From positions 69,876,001 to 69,940,000 of the forward strand of contig NW_024704742.1 of NCBI RefSeq assembly GCF_018977255.1: DNA of 64,000 nucleotides. The letters run 5' to 3'. Position 1 is the stretch's first letter. Every line of letters begins with the position of its first letter. This stretch comes from Callorhinchus milii (lineage: Eukaryota). Shown in pieces: positions 22,066 through 35,885 of this stretch. The notes beneath the pieces are model-generated. The model saw only the letters and a list, made by a program, of their open reading frames with translations. It ran no database searches and was not told the origin of the DNA. A program made the position numbers and the translations under genes.

Positions 22066-23443
22066 GTCTGGCCGAACCAGTGTCCGGGTCTGTCTGTTCA
22101 GGTGGATGTTAAAGATCCTGGGGCAATAAAGAGGAGGGAGATTATCCCAGTATTGACAATCCCCCAGATGAAATTGGTCATTCTCTTCATGGTTGATTGT
22201 GGAATATTGAAGTGTGCTAATTGGGTGCAGCATTTGTCCACAAAACATTATATAAATTTAGAATTTAGAAAACACTGATTGCTGTAATGGGCAGGTGACA
22301 GGGAGGGTGTTCCACCAGGATGAGATGAAATGGTCCTGAGGGTTGTTTTGATCTCTTAACTTGTGGTTGGCCTGAAGAATGTAACCTGCTGAAGCTTTGG
22401 CTTTTGTGGTTCATGTTTACAAACTCCCATGTCTTTCAGATATAGCCTGCCACCCAGAAACAGGCAGGTTTGTTCTTCCATGTGTACACATGTGATCAGA
22501 GACCAGTTTTAGTTTTAAAAAAAGGTTTAGATCCTGTAAAAAAAAAAAAAAAAAAAATTGTAGGCATGACCGAGGTCAGCCTGGCTCAGTTGTTAGCATT
22601 ACCGTCTCTTAGTCAGAAGGTTGTGCGTTCAACCCCCGTATCGGCTTTGAAATCATAGTCTAGGCTGACGCTCCAGTGTAGCGCTGGTGGAGCGCTGCAT
22701 TGTCAGAGGTACTTTAAACCAATCTCATCTGTTCAGGTGGACATTAAAAGTCCTGCGGCACTACTTGAAAAGAAATTAGATTCTCTCCAGTAGTCTCCTC
22801 GATAATAATTGATTGCTCACTTCATGACTGTTTGTGTGACATTGCTGTGCGCAAATTGGCTGCCGAATTTGTTCTGTGTCCTGTTGAAATGGCTGAACAA
22901 CATGATCAAATGCAGTATTATATTTTTATTATAAAAGAAGCAGTAATGAGCTTTGTTTTTTTTTGTTGCTCGATAAATAGCTTTGTTGGGTCACTTTGGC
23001 ATATATCACAAGCAAATAATGGGAAGTGTTTGTGACCAAAACATAAGAGCCAAGTTGAAGTGATTTTGTTTCAAGGTGTTCTCAGTGCCAAGAGGTATTG
23101 TAATGTAGCCTGTGTTTTCTAAAAATAACCTAAGGGTGAAGAATGCCTGCCTAATGGAAATGTGTTTTGTTCCAAGTGCTTTCTGTAAGCATAGAACAGA
23201 CTTTTAATGCCAAACTGCCTTCTCAGTTACCAGGCTGCTCCACTGGTTTCTGTTGTGGCAACCAGCTGTGTGTCGCTATTTTCTTTAATGGGATTGCAGT
23301 GCCTGCTTTGGACTAGTCTGAGAGCTGCCTGACCCTGACAATGTACTGACTGGGACCACAACTACTGAAGTTTGGTGCTTCTGAATTGTCACCCATGCTG
23401 CCCCAAAGCTGCTTCTCCCAATAGCAGCAAATTAAATTTGTAT

Positions 23444-23878
23444 ACAACAACAACAACAACAACAAGATTCCATTTATTGAACGCCTTTCACGTTGGGAGG
23501 ACGTCCCAAGCCGCTGTACAGTTGGGTCAGGACCCGAGCAGGGGGGAAATGGTCAGGGTGAGGGGAGGAGGGGGTAGAGAGTCGAGAGGGGAGCTGAAGG
23601 CTCGGTCAAAGAGAAAGGTCTTGAGACCGGCCTTGAAGGAGGAAAGGGAGGAGGCGGCGAAGGCACTGGGGATAGAGTTCCAGAGCCTCGGGGCTGAGAG
23701 GCTGAAGGCCCGACCACCGATGATAGGGCGGTTGGGGCGGGGGATGTGGAGCAGACCAGAGCCAGAGGAACGGAGGGTACGGGCAGGTAGGTAGGGGAAT
23801 AGTAGGTCGGAGAGGTAGGAGGGAGCAAGGCCGTGAATGGCCTTGTAGGTGAGGGTGAGGATCTTGAATTCGATCCTT
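23444..23878 (-). mobile_element. Young L2 3' end (same subfamily as 1713-2437) inserted into an older L2 tail
   Basis: Long near-identical stretches shared with 1713-2200; flanks aatttgtata / cctttcacgtc reconstitute an older tail. Confidence 0.85.
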
Positions 23879-25789
23879 TCACGTCAGGAGGATGTCCCAA
23901 GGCGCTGGGGGTTGGGATGAGGAGGGGCGGAGGGCAAGGAGTGTAGGATTGGAGGATGACTGAAGGTGAGGTCAAAGATGAGGGTCTTGAGACGGGTCTC
24001 AAAGGAGGCAAGGGAGGGATTATTACCCCCGGAAAAACGATCTGTCAATCGACAAATAACCGGGTTCCTACTTACTACTAGGTAAACAGAGGCATGTGGA
24101 GTAAGGAAAGTTACCTAACATTTCATCCTGCCTGGGAATCGGACCCAGGTCCTCTTGAGAAGGGCGAGGCGAAGGGACTGTGGGATGGAGGGGGAGAAAG
24201 GTGGGGGAGAAAGCCTGAAGGTCCGACTGCTGATGGTGGGGTGGGCGGGTAGGGGACATGGAGCAGGCCAGAGCTCTATGGAGTTAGCAGATAACAGAGG
24301 TAGGGAGGAACAAAGCTGTAGGGGGCTTTGAAGGCAAGGTTGATGGTTTTGCACTCATACCTTCTCGGTGAGCCAGTGAAGCTGGGTAAGGATGCGGGTG
24401 ATAGGTTCCCATGAAGATAACTAAATTCTGAGTGTGCTTGAGGCTCCTTCTTGGAGCAAAGATGGTTGAGGGGTGACCTGATCGAAGTCTTTAAAATGGG
24501 GGAGAAATTATTTCCACTGATTGGCGAGTCCATGACTGGTGGGCATTAATTTAAGTTAGTAAATGAACGAATGGGAAGGTTAGGAGAATGTTTGTTACAC
24601 ACCGAGTGGTTAGGATATGGAATGCCCTGTTGGGAGTGATGGTTGAAGATAATCCATATTAGCTTTCAAAGGGAAACCAGATAGGACTCTGAATTGTGAA
24701 ATTGACAAAGATAAGTAAAAAAAAAAGTTGGTGTTTGGGATTTTTTTTTGGGGGGGAACCATGAATGTGGCATGCCAGAGATTTGTTAATCTGAAGCAAT
24801 TTTATACCCGCACGGCCAGTCAATAACAACTTGCATTTATATAGTGTTTGTAACATGGTGTAGTGTCTCAGAGCGTTTAACAATGGCGGAGCTTAACACC
24901 AAGCTGGGGGCTAGGGGAAGTGATTGTAGGAACGGTCAAAGAGGAATGTCTTCAGGTTCGAACCGATGACAGAGGCAAGACAGAGGGATTCAAAACAATT
25001 TTGAGTTCCATAGTTTCGAGGTGTAGTGGCTGAAAGCACTGGTGGGGGTGGAGGTGGGGAAGAGATGTGCAGAAAGCCGGAGTCAGCTGAGACAAGATGC
25101 CGGGTAGAGGAATTGGATATAAGTTCCTTGATTTAACATTCAAATTATATCTGCTACAAATGGCGGGTGCCTCTTCATGAGTTCTTTTGATGGTTTCTTT
25201 GTAAAAAGACCTGAAGCTCCTGAAATCAATTAACAACAATCTGCTGTGCCTTCTTAATAACTCTGCATTCCGATGTGTATTCGTGTCGTTGGAAGTTCTC
25301 CCACCTGATTTTAATGGGACGTGTGAGGGATGCGAGTGATATTGGCGATGTCTGGAAACAGCTGTACCATCTTTCGTCTTTTAATTGCAAACGATGCTGG
25401 AGAATTTTAAGTTGTTCTGGGAACAAGGATGAATGAAGCGTGTGGTAACAGTTATTTTGAAACAAAAAGACATTAATACAACAAAGTTGTTCTTTTGGAA
25501 ATTGATAGTAGAAGCCAGGACACTGGACTCATTGAAGAGCTTGGAGGACAGTATTCTGAAATAATGTGATCAGTTGTGGTGAAAAGCCTTCTTTAACCTA
25601 ACTTTTGGTAATTTTTTACCTACTTGAGGGAGGGAAAGATTTGAGCGCGAGGAAAGAAGGATTGGACTGGTACAGCAGAGAAATCTTTGTTCGAGATGGA
25701 CTGAGATTCCCTCTTCATCTAAATCAATAATCGGCCCATTGCAGACTCTCTTTGGGTTTTATATTGTGCTTTTAGCACACTAAATTGTT

Positions 25790-26100
25790 GTTTAGGGTGG
25801 GCTTCCTCCCGCAATGATCTATCTTCCTCGGTCACTCTCTCCACAAACCCCTCTCCAACACTCTCAATGTCACCCTTGCTCCCCTCGCTTCCTGAATCGT
25901 CTGCTACTCACGAAGGTCTACCAGCCACCTCCACTCCCTTAAGGCACAGGTGCGTGCTGCTGAACCAGGCTCAAATCTAACTTAATGGTCTATCAGATCT
26001 GTCTGGACCTTATCAAATCTTACTGCTCCATCCTCACCTCCGCTAAATCATCGTTCTACCAAAGACAACCCCGGATTCTGCTTCTCCATCACCAACCGGC
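25790..26100 (+). mobile_element. Old L2 ORF2 internal fragment
   Basis: ..HLHSLKAQVRAAE..YQICLDLIKSYCSILTSAKSSFY resembles the L2 endonuclease-RT linker. Confidence 0.55.
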
Positions 26101-26734
26101 TCCAATGGTGGAGCAGAGGATACAAGGGATAAGCAGGAGGCTAGTGCCAGGTGGTGAACTGTATGTAAATATGAGCTGATTGTAATATTGTTGGGAAGGG
26201 GCCGGGGATTGTAATTGTTAGCCTGGGCATGGAACTCTGCAAAGGTAACATTTAAGAAGAGGACTGCATCGTATTGGGGGGGGGGGGGGGGGGAGGGAAC
26301 ACAATTTGCTGAACAAAAATAGACATTCAAAGCTTTTTTCTGAATGATTCCTGATTTTTCTCCCTCTTATTCTGCCCTTGGTCCAAGGAACAGGGTGGGA
26401 TAGTTGGCTGAGTTTCTTGGGTCTGGAATTCATATAAAACCCTGCCCATTTTCAATACCCCGTTTTAGAAACAGCTGTAAGCTAAATTGAAAGTGGCAGA
26501 TTTATATGATGGCTGTTTTCTCCAACATCTATTTTGATGCTTCTCCCTGGAGGTGTGCTTGATTATAATTATAATTGAAGCCTCCCTTGCCTTCCCTGTT
26601 CCTGGTGCCAGCATATGCTCCAGTTGCTCGGCTCTTTGGTGTTGGCCCGGTTGTGATGTTTTGTGCCAAAAGTGCAGTATGATGCTGCTGGGCTAATGGA
26701 CTGTACCACATATCCCATATTTTGTGGGTGAAAT

Positions 26735-28380
26735 AACAACAAGATTACATTTGTACAGCGCCTTTCACGTCGGGAGGACGCCCCAAGGCGCTGTACAGAA
26801 TACAGCATTTCAGAACTAAGCTGGGGTTGGGGGGGGGGAGGGGAGGGGAAGGGTTGTGGCTAGTGGCATGGTTGAAGAGGAAGGTCTTGAGGCGGGACTT
26901 GAAGGAGGCTAAGGAGGGGGCGAGGCGGAGTGACTGGGGGATGGAATTCCAGTGGTTGGGGGCAGAGTGGCTGAAGGCTCTCCCACCAACGGTGGGGCGG
27001 GTGGGTCGGGGGACATGGAGCAGCCTGGAGCCGGCTGAGCGAGGGAATGGGCGGGTTGGTAGGGGTTAGGAGGTTGCAGAGGTAGGGTGGGGCGAAGCCA
27101 TGGAGGGCTTTGTATGTGAGGACTGGATCCTCTGAAGGATCGGGAGCCAGTGGAGTCGGGGGAGATGGGTTCACGGAGTTTGGTGCGGGAGAGGACACGG
27201 GCTGCAGAGTTCTGGATTATCTGCAGCCTGTGGAGGGAGGAGTTGGGAAGCCCAACAAGCAGGATGTTTGCATAGTCGAGCCTGGAGGTGATGAAGGCAT
27301 GAACAAGAGTTTCAGCGGCCTGAGGGGTGAGGTAGTGGCAGAGTCGGGCGATGTTGCGGAGGTGAGGGAAGGCAGAGCGGGTCATGGCTTGAATGTGGGG
27401 GAGAAAAGACAGTTGAGGGTCGAACAAGACACCGAGGTTCCTGACTGGTTTGGTGAGTTGTAGTGTGCAACTATGGAGGTTGATGCTTTCAGAGCCTGAG
27501 GTGCTGAGGCGCTGGCGTGAGCCAATCAGGAGGGCCTCAGTCTTGTTCACATTCAACTAGGAAATTTGCCCTCATCCAGAACTTGATGTCCGACAGGCAG
27601 TCTATCCTGGAGTGGTCCTGGAGTTGAGGGTGGAGGCAGAAAGATAGAGTTGGATGTCATCTGCATACATGTGGCAGTTGACCCCATGTCTGCGGATGAT
27701 GTCACGAAGGGGGAACATGTAGATATTAAAGAGGAGAGGGCCAAGGACAGAGCCCTGAGGGACGCCAGACAGTGCGGGGGCTGGAGGAGAAACCATTAGA
27801 GGCAACAAAGTGGAGACGGTGAGAGAGATAGGAATCGAACCAGGCAAGGGCAGGTCTACGAAGATTACGTAAAGAGGAGGGGTGGTGTATGAGGATGGAC
27901 TGGTCAACAGTGTCGAATGCAGCAGAGAGGTCGAGGAGGACAAGGAGGCAGAGGGAGCCCTGATCACAGATGTTCAGAATGTCATTAGTGACCTTGACCA
28001 GGGCTGTTTCCGTGCTGTGGGCAGCGCGGAAGTCGGATTGGAGGGGTTCAAAGAGGGAATGGCGAGAAAGAAAGGAGCGGAGCTGGGATGCGACGACTTG
28101 TTCCAGGACCTTGGAGAGGAATGGGAGGTTAGAGATGGGGTGGTAGCTGGAGAGGAGGGATGGTCCAGGGAAGGTTTTTTCAGGATGGGAGTGATGACAG
28201 CCGGGTTTAGGAGGGTGGGAACTGAACCGGTGGACAGGGAGAGGTTGATGACCCTGGACAGGAGGGGGGCCCAGAAGATGGAGCTGGGAGACGAGGAGAG
28301 AGTTGGAGATGGGATCGAGGGAGCAGGTGGTGGGTTTGAGTTTGCGGACAGTTGTGGTGAAGGGAGGAGGGAGAGATAGC
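26735..28380 (-). mobile_element. L2 LINE, ~1.65 kb including RT core (frameshifted)
   Basis: [88 protein letters not shown]. Confidence 0.93.
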
Positions 28381-30109
28381 GTTGAATAAATATAAATCAC
28401 AGGTACCATTTTGCATTTTTTAAAAATCCAATGTTATAACTCTTCCACCTGTGGGGAAGTGGATGAACAACCTCTAGCCTTGCCATCCTGCCCTACAAAA
28501 CACAGTCACTGCATTTTACAGTATTTCCTGTGAAGCCCTTTGGGACATCCTCCTGATATGAAAGGCTCTTAATCAAATGTGAGGATCGTTATTATTGTGC
28601 TTCCTCTAACTGGCTGGCAAGAGATGCCAGCAATAGTTAAGTATAATTCTCCTTCAATTGTTTCTCCTCCCCACTCACTTGTCGAAGGTGCTGCTTTTAC
28701 TTGAAGGAAGTGAATGGAGTGGGACTGCTTGCATTGCCACCATGCTGCTCTTAAAATTTAAAATGAGCTCCAGGTTTGCTTAGTTTCAAGTAACCGAAGA
28801 GAGGTGATGATCCTACCACTTCTTTCCATTAAGCAGATCTTGATTTTAGATTAGCAGGATTGTGATCAATGCTCTGGCTCTCACTCGCTCTCTGTGCGCA
28901 GATCTCTGCTTTTCTTGTCCAGCAGCAGTGCTAACCTGCAGTACAGATTGACCTGCCTGTTCGCAGTGCTTTGTGTTTATCAGACCAATGCTATGCACTG
29001 ATTTGTGCAGTAAAGCTGAGGCTTAAGATTCAAAAGCTATTAAAATTCCTTTTCTATTACAAAGAGGCTTCACAAAAATTCAGGATAGAATAGTAATAAT
29101 CTTTGCATTTGGTATAGTGTTGTTCACATTGGGAGGGCGTCTTAAAAAGCTTCACAGGACAGGAAGTAACTGTAAAGGGAGCAAAGGATTACTTGATGGC
29201 AATTATAAATGCAAATTATTGTTGTAAAGTGTACTATATTTGTAGGTGAATGCGGCAGCCCATTTACGCACAGCGGTGTTCCACAATCAGCCATGATGTG
29301 AATGACCAATATTATCTGGGGAATATTTTGCAGGACACTGGGAGAAACTTCCTTCTCTTTTTGAGTTGTGCTAATGGGAGCTTTAAACTTCACCTGAACA
29401 GGAAGTTGGAACCTTAGTTTAAATCTCATCTGAAGGATGGCACCTCAAGCACTGCACTGGAGTGTCAGCAAAGGCTATTTAGGTTCAAAGTCCCAACAGG
29501 GACTTGATCCCACAGCCTTCTGACTCAGAGGCAAGATTGTTACCGACTGAGCCAGGCTGACACATAAAATGAAAACTTTGCCCTCTGAAAATTCCTGGCT
29601 TGCATTTGTGAAAGTAGTGAAAGGGGTAAGAAAGCTGTAAAACAACTGCAACAATGAATCAATGTTCTGACTGACTTTAATGCTCTTGACCTTTTCTCTT
29701 CCTGACTTACAATCCAATTTACATTTAGCGCCTTTCACTTTGGGAGGACGTCTCAAAGTTTGATACTCCTGAGTATTGCTCCTGAGCTGGGGGTGGGAGC
29801 AAAGAGGGTGACGGACATATAACGTGGCATTCCACTGTACTTAGGTGATTAACTTAGACTCATTTGTTTTCATTAAGGATAGAAATTTAGGTTCAACATC
29901 AACGTTAAATTCTACATAATAAATCCATATCATGCCATGTACATGCAGATGTGTACATATTATATACTATATATTATTTAATTCCTGGTGTTTATGAAAA
30001 TGTATCGCTAAATAATGGGAGTTTTTCCTGGTGTCTTGGCCAATGATCCTCCATCCACAAAAAATGGTCATTTATTTCATGGCTGCAAGACATTGTTATG
30101 GGCAAAAGT

Positions 30110-30449
30110 GGAGTCCCGTGGCATAGTGGTTGGAACACTTGCCTTGCAAGCGAGAGGACCTGGGTTCGAGTCCCAGCCAGAACAAAACCTGAGGCAAGTT
30201 TCCTTATTCCACACGTCTCTGTTTACCCAGCAGTAAGTAGGAAACAGGTTATTAATCAATTGGCGGATCACTTTCCGGGAGTAATAAAAATGTGGTTACT
30301 CCATCAATGACTGTTTGTGGAATACTGCTGTGTGCAATTTACTGCCGTATTTCACCCACACAGTCAATCCACTTTACATTGTAATCTGAAGCGCTTTGAA
30401 ACATGTTAACGATGTGATAAGGTGCTATATCAAATGCAAGGATTATTAT
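30110..30449 (+). mobile_element. tRNA(Ala-like)-headed SINE, long form; other long copies 24018-24152(-, partial), 46114-46472(-), 48455-48786(+), 58520-58862(+)
   Basis: Same head and tail as the short form plus an extra internal block ctgtttacccagcagtaagtagga..ttggcggatc..ttccggg. Confidence 0.88.
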
Positions 30450-33400
30450 AATTGGCTGCCACATTTGCCTACAAATGCACAGTCACTACACTTTATATTC
30501 TGTGAAGCACTTTGAGAATTTTCAATGATGTGATAAAGCACTATATTAAATGCCTAGATTGTTGTTATGAGTGTTCAGCTGAAAATTGCAGCAAAGTAAA
30601 TCTTATTTTGGTTTGGAGGAGAGTTTGATTTGATGGTTTACTGTGCTGATAAAGCTGTGTTGCGTGAAGAGTATTTATTAATAAACTGAATGTGAAATTG
30701 CTCTGAGCACCAGCAGGAAGCAGCTGATTAGAAATTTAGCACAGCTATTTTGCGTGTGGCCTTTTGAATCATTTTACGTTTCCTATCTCAATGCTTTATA
30801 CATCTGTATTTGCGCCAAGAAGGAACTGTAGCCCAAGATCACAGAAAGTTAAATGAGATGTGTTTTGAAACTGCCCTGAGCATTCTGAGAAATTGTTTCT
30901 TTGCAAAACTATCCGAGGCTTGAAAATTCTCATGATCGTAGCTTTCAAGTCTTTTTGTTAATGTTTAAGCCCATGACGAATTTTGGAAAATCCTTAAAAT
31001 CTGATTTAATTTGGGAACTGGATGTCACGGGTCTTATAAATAACTTATCAGGAGAAGTAGGGTTTTGTTGGAACTAAACTGGCTCAACAACAACTTTCAT
31101 AACCTGAAGATGGGTGGGGGGCAAGGCGGAGGGATAGAGAAAGAGTGTTCCAGAGTTTGGGGCGTAGTGGAACGGAGGGCACGAGGGTCAAGCAGAAGGT
31201 TGGAGCCAGTTGAGCGGAGGCAGCAGGTAGTGGGTTGGGGATAAAGAATTTCAGAGAGGTAGGGAGGTGCCAGGGCATGAAGGGATTTAAAGACGAGTGT
31301 GTGGATCTTGAAATTAGTCTGTTCGGTTGATAGGAAGGTAGTGGAGCCTGGCTAGAACTGGTTGATGGGGTACGGAATTTAACAACAGCAATAATGCCAA
31401 ATACATTTGTATAGCGTCTTTCAAGTCGGGAGGGCGTCCCAAGGTGCTGGACACTCAGGGATTTGGAACCGAAAGAAAAAACAAAAATGACTTGTTAAAA
31501 AGTAGACATCATTGTCTAAAAGAATGTTAAGAATCAAAGTCAACCATCATTGTAGGCCGTCAAAGTTACTCCGGATTGGCATCATGGTTGATGACGTGGA
31601 GACAGTTAAAGATCCTCCAAGCGCACTGAATGTCAACCAGATAACCTATGAGGAAACTCTGAGGCTTGGAGCGACAGCTGCTGGAGTCTGAGTTGGTGAT
31701 CACTAATTCATACATCCAGCGCCTGGAATTCACCTTGATGAGCTTGCAGAGAGGGAAGCAGCTGCTGCTTAAACTCCGCACCTCCAATTGGTGGAACCTT
31801 TGCTCATTGGGAAGGGTCATGTGCCAAGCTACGGAAAGGAAGATGCTTTCATGCTGAGCTGTGTTGCCCACCAGGAAACTCACAAGACTCAAACCCGAGC
31901 TTGTCAGATGGCAAACGATCAATTAGTGACCATCCACCTGGGTGGGGGAGAGAAGCAGAGCTGAACTGGTTCCAATGTCACATGTTTGGCAATGGAGTCC
32001 TACAGCTTAGTGGTTAGAGCACTCACAAGCAAGAGGACCATTTGCTCACAGCAGTGTCTCACAGACAGCTGTGGATTGAGTGACTAATTTTTTTTTGCTT
32101 TATTTTTCGTTACTTGTACCGCTCTCCAAAAGTGATGGTGATTAACATATTCCATAAAACATCAGTGAATGTACACTTAGAAACCAGGATCTTTGTGTTT
32201 TGGGGACCTCTGGGCTATGCGAGAGAAAGGAGAGATAATCAATAGTATTCCTACGGCTAATGAAAATTGAATGACCTCTTTTGCCAAGCTATGCATTTTT
32301 TAGCTGACTAAACTCTAGCAGTTACCCCAGTGCACACACTGGGGTCCCCAAGCCTTGACTCTTGCCAACCTGTGCCTAATGCTTTCCGGAATTATGTAAG
32401 CAGGAAGCGTCCTCCCACCAGGGAGCGAGTGCTCATTCCATTTCAACAATCTATTTCTGAGATTTCCATGTGTAAGTGGGATGCATGAAAATCTCAGTTT
32501 GGTTTGGAGACTCTTAAGCATGGGAATGGGTTTCCACACATATCAGACACCCGGCTGACCAAAAAGAAAATCTGAATGGCAAGCTATGCAGGTTTAGCTG
32601 GTTAGAGATTTGAGTTCAAATTCAGCCTAAACTGAATGTTTTTGGTCAGCCATGTGTCTGACATGTGCAGAAACCCATCACCATGCTTAAGTGTGTTCAA
32701 ACCAGACTGAGAATTACACATATGTATGCCATTTACACCTGGAAATTTCCCTGTGTCTGGAATGGGGAATGCACACTCCCCAAAAGGACGCACCCTGCTT
32801 ACCTCATTCTGGAGAATGTTAAGCACAAGAGCCAAACCGTGCGTTGGTGATAACGACTGCTGCTGAAACCACAAAGCTTACCATTGAGAGCACTGTTGAA
32901 TAAGCACTCCAGAGCTTGTCCAACAACAACTTATATAGCACCCATCACGCAGGATAGCTTCCAAGAGAGCTTTTGCGTGAGTGGCACTGTATAACTGCAA
33001 CTTCTTGTTGTTCTTGAACCAGCTAAGACCACCTTAACCATTTAGGGCTTTGGCTTGTGGATTAACAGAAGTCGAGTAGGATCCCAAACTGATGGTTTAT
33101 AACCGTATTGGCTGTAATGCTGCTATGAAGGAAGAACGTGGGCAGGTTCCAGAATAGGCATGTGCTCATAGCCATTCATTCAGAAATAATTGGCAATGTC
33201 TTTTAGGGAGGCCGGTGTGGGAAGTGGAAAAATTCATGCAGCTGCAGTGGGGCTGCTCTTGTCAGACTGAGACAGATGCACATTGTTTGGGCAGTGTAGA
33301 GTGCCTTTTATTCAGCATCAGACTGTGATGCCTCTGATCTGCCAGTGCCAGATACAGACACGAAATGCATATAATGGTGACGTGACGACCAGTTTCCCAG

Positions 33401-34056
33401 CACAAATGTATCTGATTAGCATGATTAGCACAATTAAAAAAACACATGCTTTATCTTAATTTCACTGAATAATACTGAATAATAATCCTTGCATTTGGTT
33501 TAGCATCTTATCAATTAAATGGCTGTGAATTTCCAACTCCCTGGGCCAGACGTCTGCAGAATAATAGCCTGCCTGTAAACAGTACTTTTTGTCCAAAGTA
33601 ACATCTCAAAGCACTTTACAATACAAATTTACATTGACACAGCACTTTCCACACTGGGGAAGATGTCCAAGGAGCTTGATAGTCACGTGAGCTGAAGGTG
33701 TGAGCCATGGGTGTGTGAGATGGGGAAAGTTGATCAAAGGCGCTATAAAAGAGGAAGGTCTTGAGACGGACCTTGAAAGGTGGGAGGAAGGGAGTTGCAG
33801 GGACTTTTATCCGGAACTCTGTCCTGGAGAGAAAACCTTACATAGGTGGACAAATGAGGAGCCTAGGCAAGTTGGTGGGCAATTGGTGGGGGGGGGGCGG
33901 GGTGTAGGAGGAAAGTGATTGATGTTGCAGTTTAGAAAAGTTATGTCTGCCCCCATCCTCCATTACCCCTATTTTACTCTACACTTTTTTTGCCCCCTTC
34001 CCTACATCCTCAACATTAATTAAAAACAAAAGATCCTAGACATACACTATTGGTTA

Positions 34057-35885
34057 TAGGAACAGGAGGAGGCCATTCAGCCCTTCAAGCCTGTTCTGCC
34101 ATTTAATTAGATCATGGCTGATCTGTACCTCAACTAATCCTTTTAATTCCAATTTCCCGCTTTTTCCCCATATCTCTTAATACCCTGACCTACCAAAAAT
34201 CTATCAACCTCACTCTTGAAGGTGTGGATGGATCCAGCATCCATGGCCTTTTGGGGGAGAGAATTTCAGATTCATTTCACTCTTAAATGGCCTGGTTCTA
34301 ATTTTAAGACGATGCACCTTGTTTTGGATTCCCCCACCAGAGGAAATAGCTTCCCTGTGTCTACCCTATCAAATCCCTTTATCATCTTAAATACCTCAAT
34401 CAAATCACCCCTCAACCTTCTAAACTCCAGGGAATACAATCCAAGTTTACACAGCCTTTCCTCAAAACTTAACCCTTTTAGGCCTGGTAACATTCTGGTG
34501 AACCTGGGCTGCAGCCCCTCCAGGATCAATATATCTTTCCTAACGTGTGGTTCCCAAAATTGAACGCAGTTTCCAGATGGGGTCTGACTAACCCTCTGTA
34601 GAGCTGAAGCATCATTTCTTCCTTGAGATAAAGGCCAACATACCATTCACCTTTTTAGTTACTTTTTGCACCTGGGAACTAGTTTTTAGTGATTTGTGGA
34701 TTATGGACACCCAAATCTCTTTGCTGCTCCACAGTTCTTAATGTCTCCCCAATAAGAAAATATTCTGCTTCATCATTTTTTGGTCCATAGTGGATGACCT
34801 CATACTTCCCAACATTGAACTCCATTTGCTACAGCTTTACCCACTCACTTAATCTGTCCAAGTCCCTTGTAACTTCCTACTCCCATCTACACAACTTACT
34901 GAGCTGCTTAGCTGAAAATCTGGTCCATGACTTTGTCACCTCTCGGCTGGACTATTCAAACGCCCTCCTCGCCGGTCTCCCATCCACTACATCCGTAAAA
35001 TCCAACTAATTCAAAACTCTGCCACCCGCATTCTCACCCACATGAAACTCCGCTCCCCGATCACTCCAGTCCTTGCCAGACTGCACTGGCTCCCTTTCCC
35101 AGAGAGGATCGATTTCAAGATCCTCACCCTCGTATTCAAGTCCTGCACTCCTCTGCACCCACTACCTCTCTGACCTCCTCTCTCCTCAGCACAGTACCTG
35201 TTGCCTTTGTTCCTCCGGGTCTGGCCTCCTCCTTGTCCCCTGAGTCCTCCGCTCCACTCTCGGCGGCCGTGCCTTCAGCCACTATGCCTCAAGGCTGTGG
35301 AATTGCCTTCCTCACTCCCTTTGTCTCGCTCCCTCCATTCCCATTTTCAGGTCTCTGGTGAAGACCTTTCTTTTCGACCGCGTCTTTGGTCACCTTCCTG
35401 CCCCTCCCCCTGGCTCGGTCCCGGGATCCTAAACTGTAAAGTGCTCTGAGACGCTGTCCGGCGTGGAGGGCGCTGTATAAATCCAAGTTGTTGTTGTTGT
35501 AGCTTAGTGTCATCTGTAAATTTGGATATGAAACTTACTAGTCCTTCATCCAAATCATTTGTATATATGGCGAATAGCTGGGGTCCCAGTACAGACCCCT
35601 GGGTGACACCACTTGTCATGTCCCGCCAATTAGAGAACGTTCCCTTTATTCCTACCCTCTGTTTCCTGCCTCCCAACCAATTACCAAACCACATCACAAG
35701 GTTTCCTCCGACTCCATGCGCTTCCATTTTCACTAATAATGTTTTGTGTGGAACCTTATTAAGTGCCTTCTGAAAGTCCAAATAAACGATATCCATAGAC
35801 ACTCTTATCCACCATTTTAGTGACCTCAAAAAATTCAACTAGATTAGTCAGATGTGACCTACCCTTCACATACCCATACTGGTTA
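34057..35885 (-). mobile_element. CR1 LINE fragment split by a nested L2
   Basis: DIVYLDFQKALNKVPH, SGVTQGSVLGPQLFAIYTNDL, KFTDDTKL / CVQFWEPH, LEFRRLRGDLIEVFK; CR1 3'UTR near 34057-34200. Confidence 0.9.
34914..35499 (+). mobile_element. L2 3' end nested in CR1, TSD tagct
   Basis: ENLVHDFVTSRLDYSNALLAGLP.., (TTG)n tail; tagct at 34909-34913 and 35500-35504. Confidence 0.88.

Noticed and set aside
30110..30182. tRNA-Ala-like sequences here and at other SINE heads
   Set aside because: Each runs directly into a SINE body and tail and has a broken acceptor stem, so these are not tRNA genes.
31570..31925. Coding-looking stretch (LERQLLESELVITNSYIQRLEF)
   Set aside because: Stops in all frames and no usable splice pattern; perhaps a decayed LINE ORF1, but I cannot support a call.
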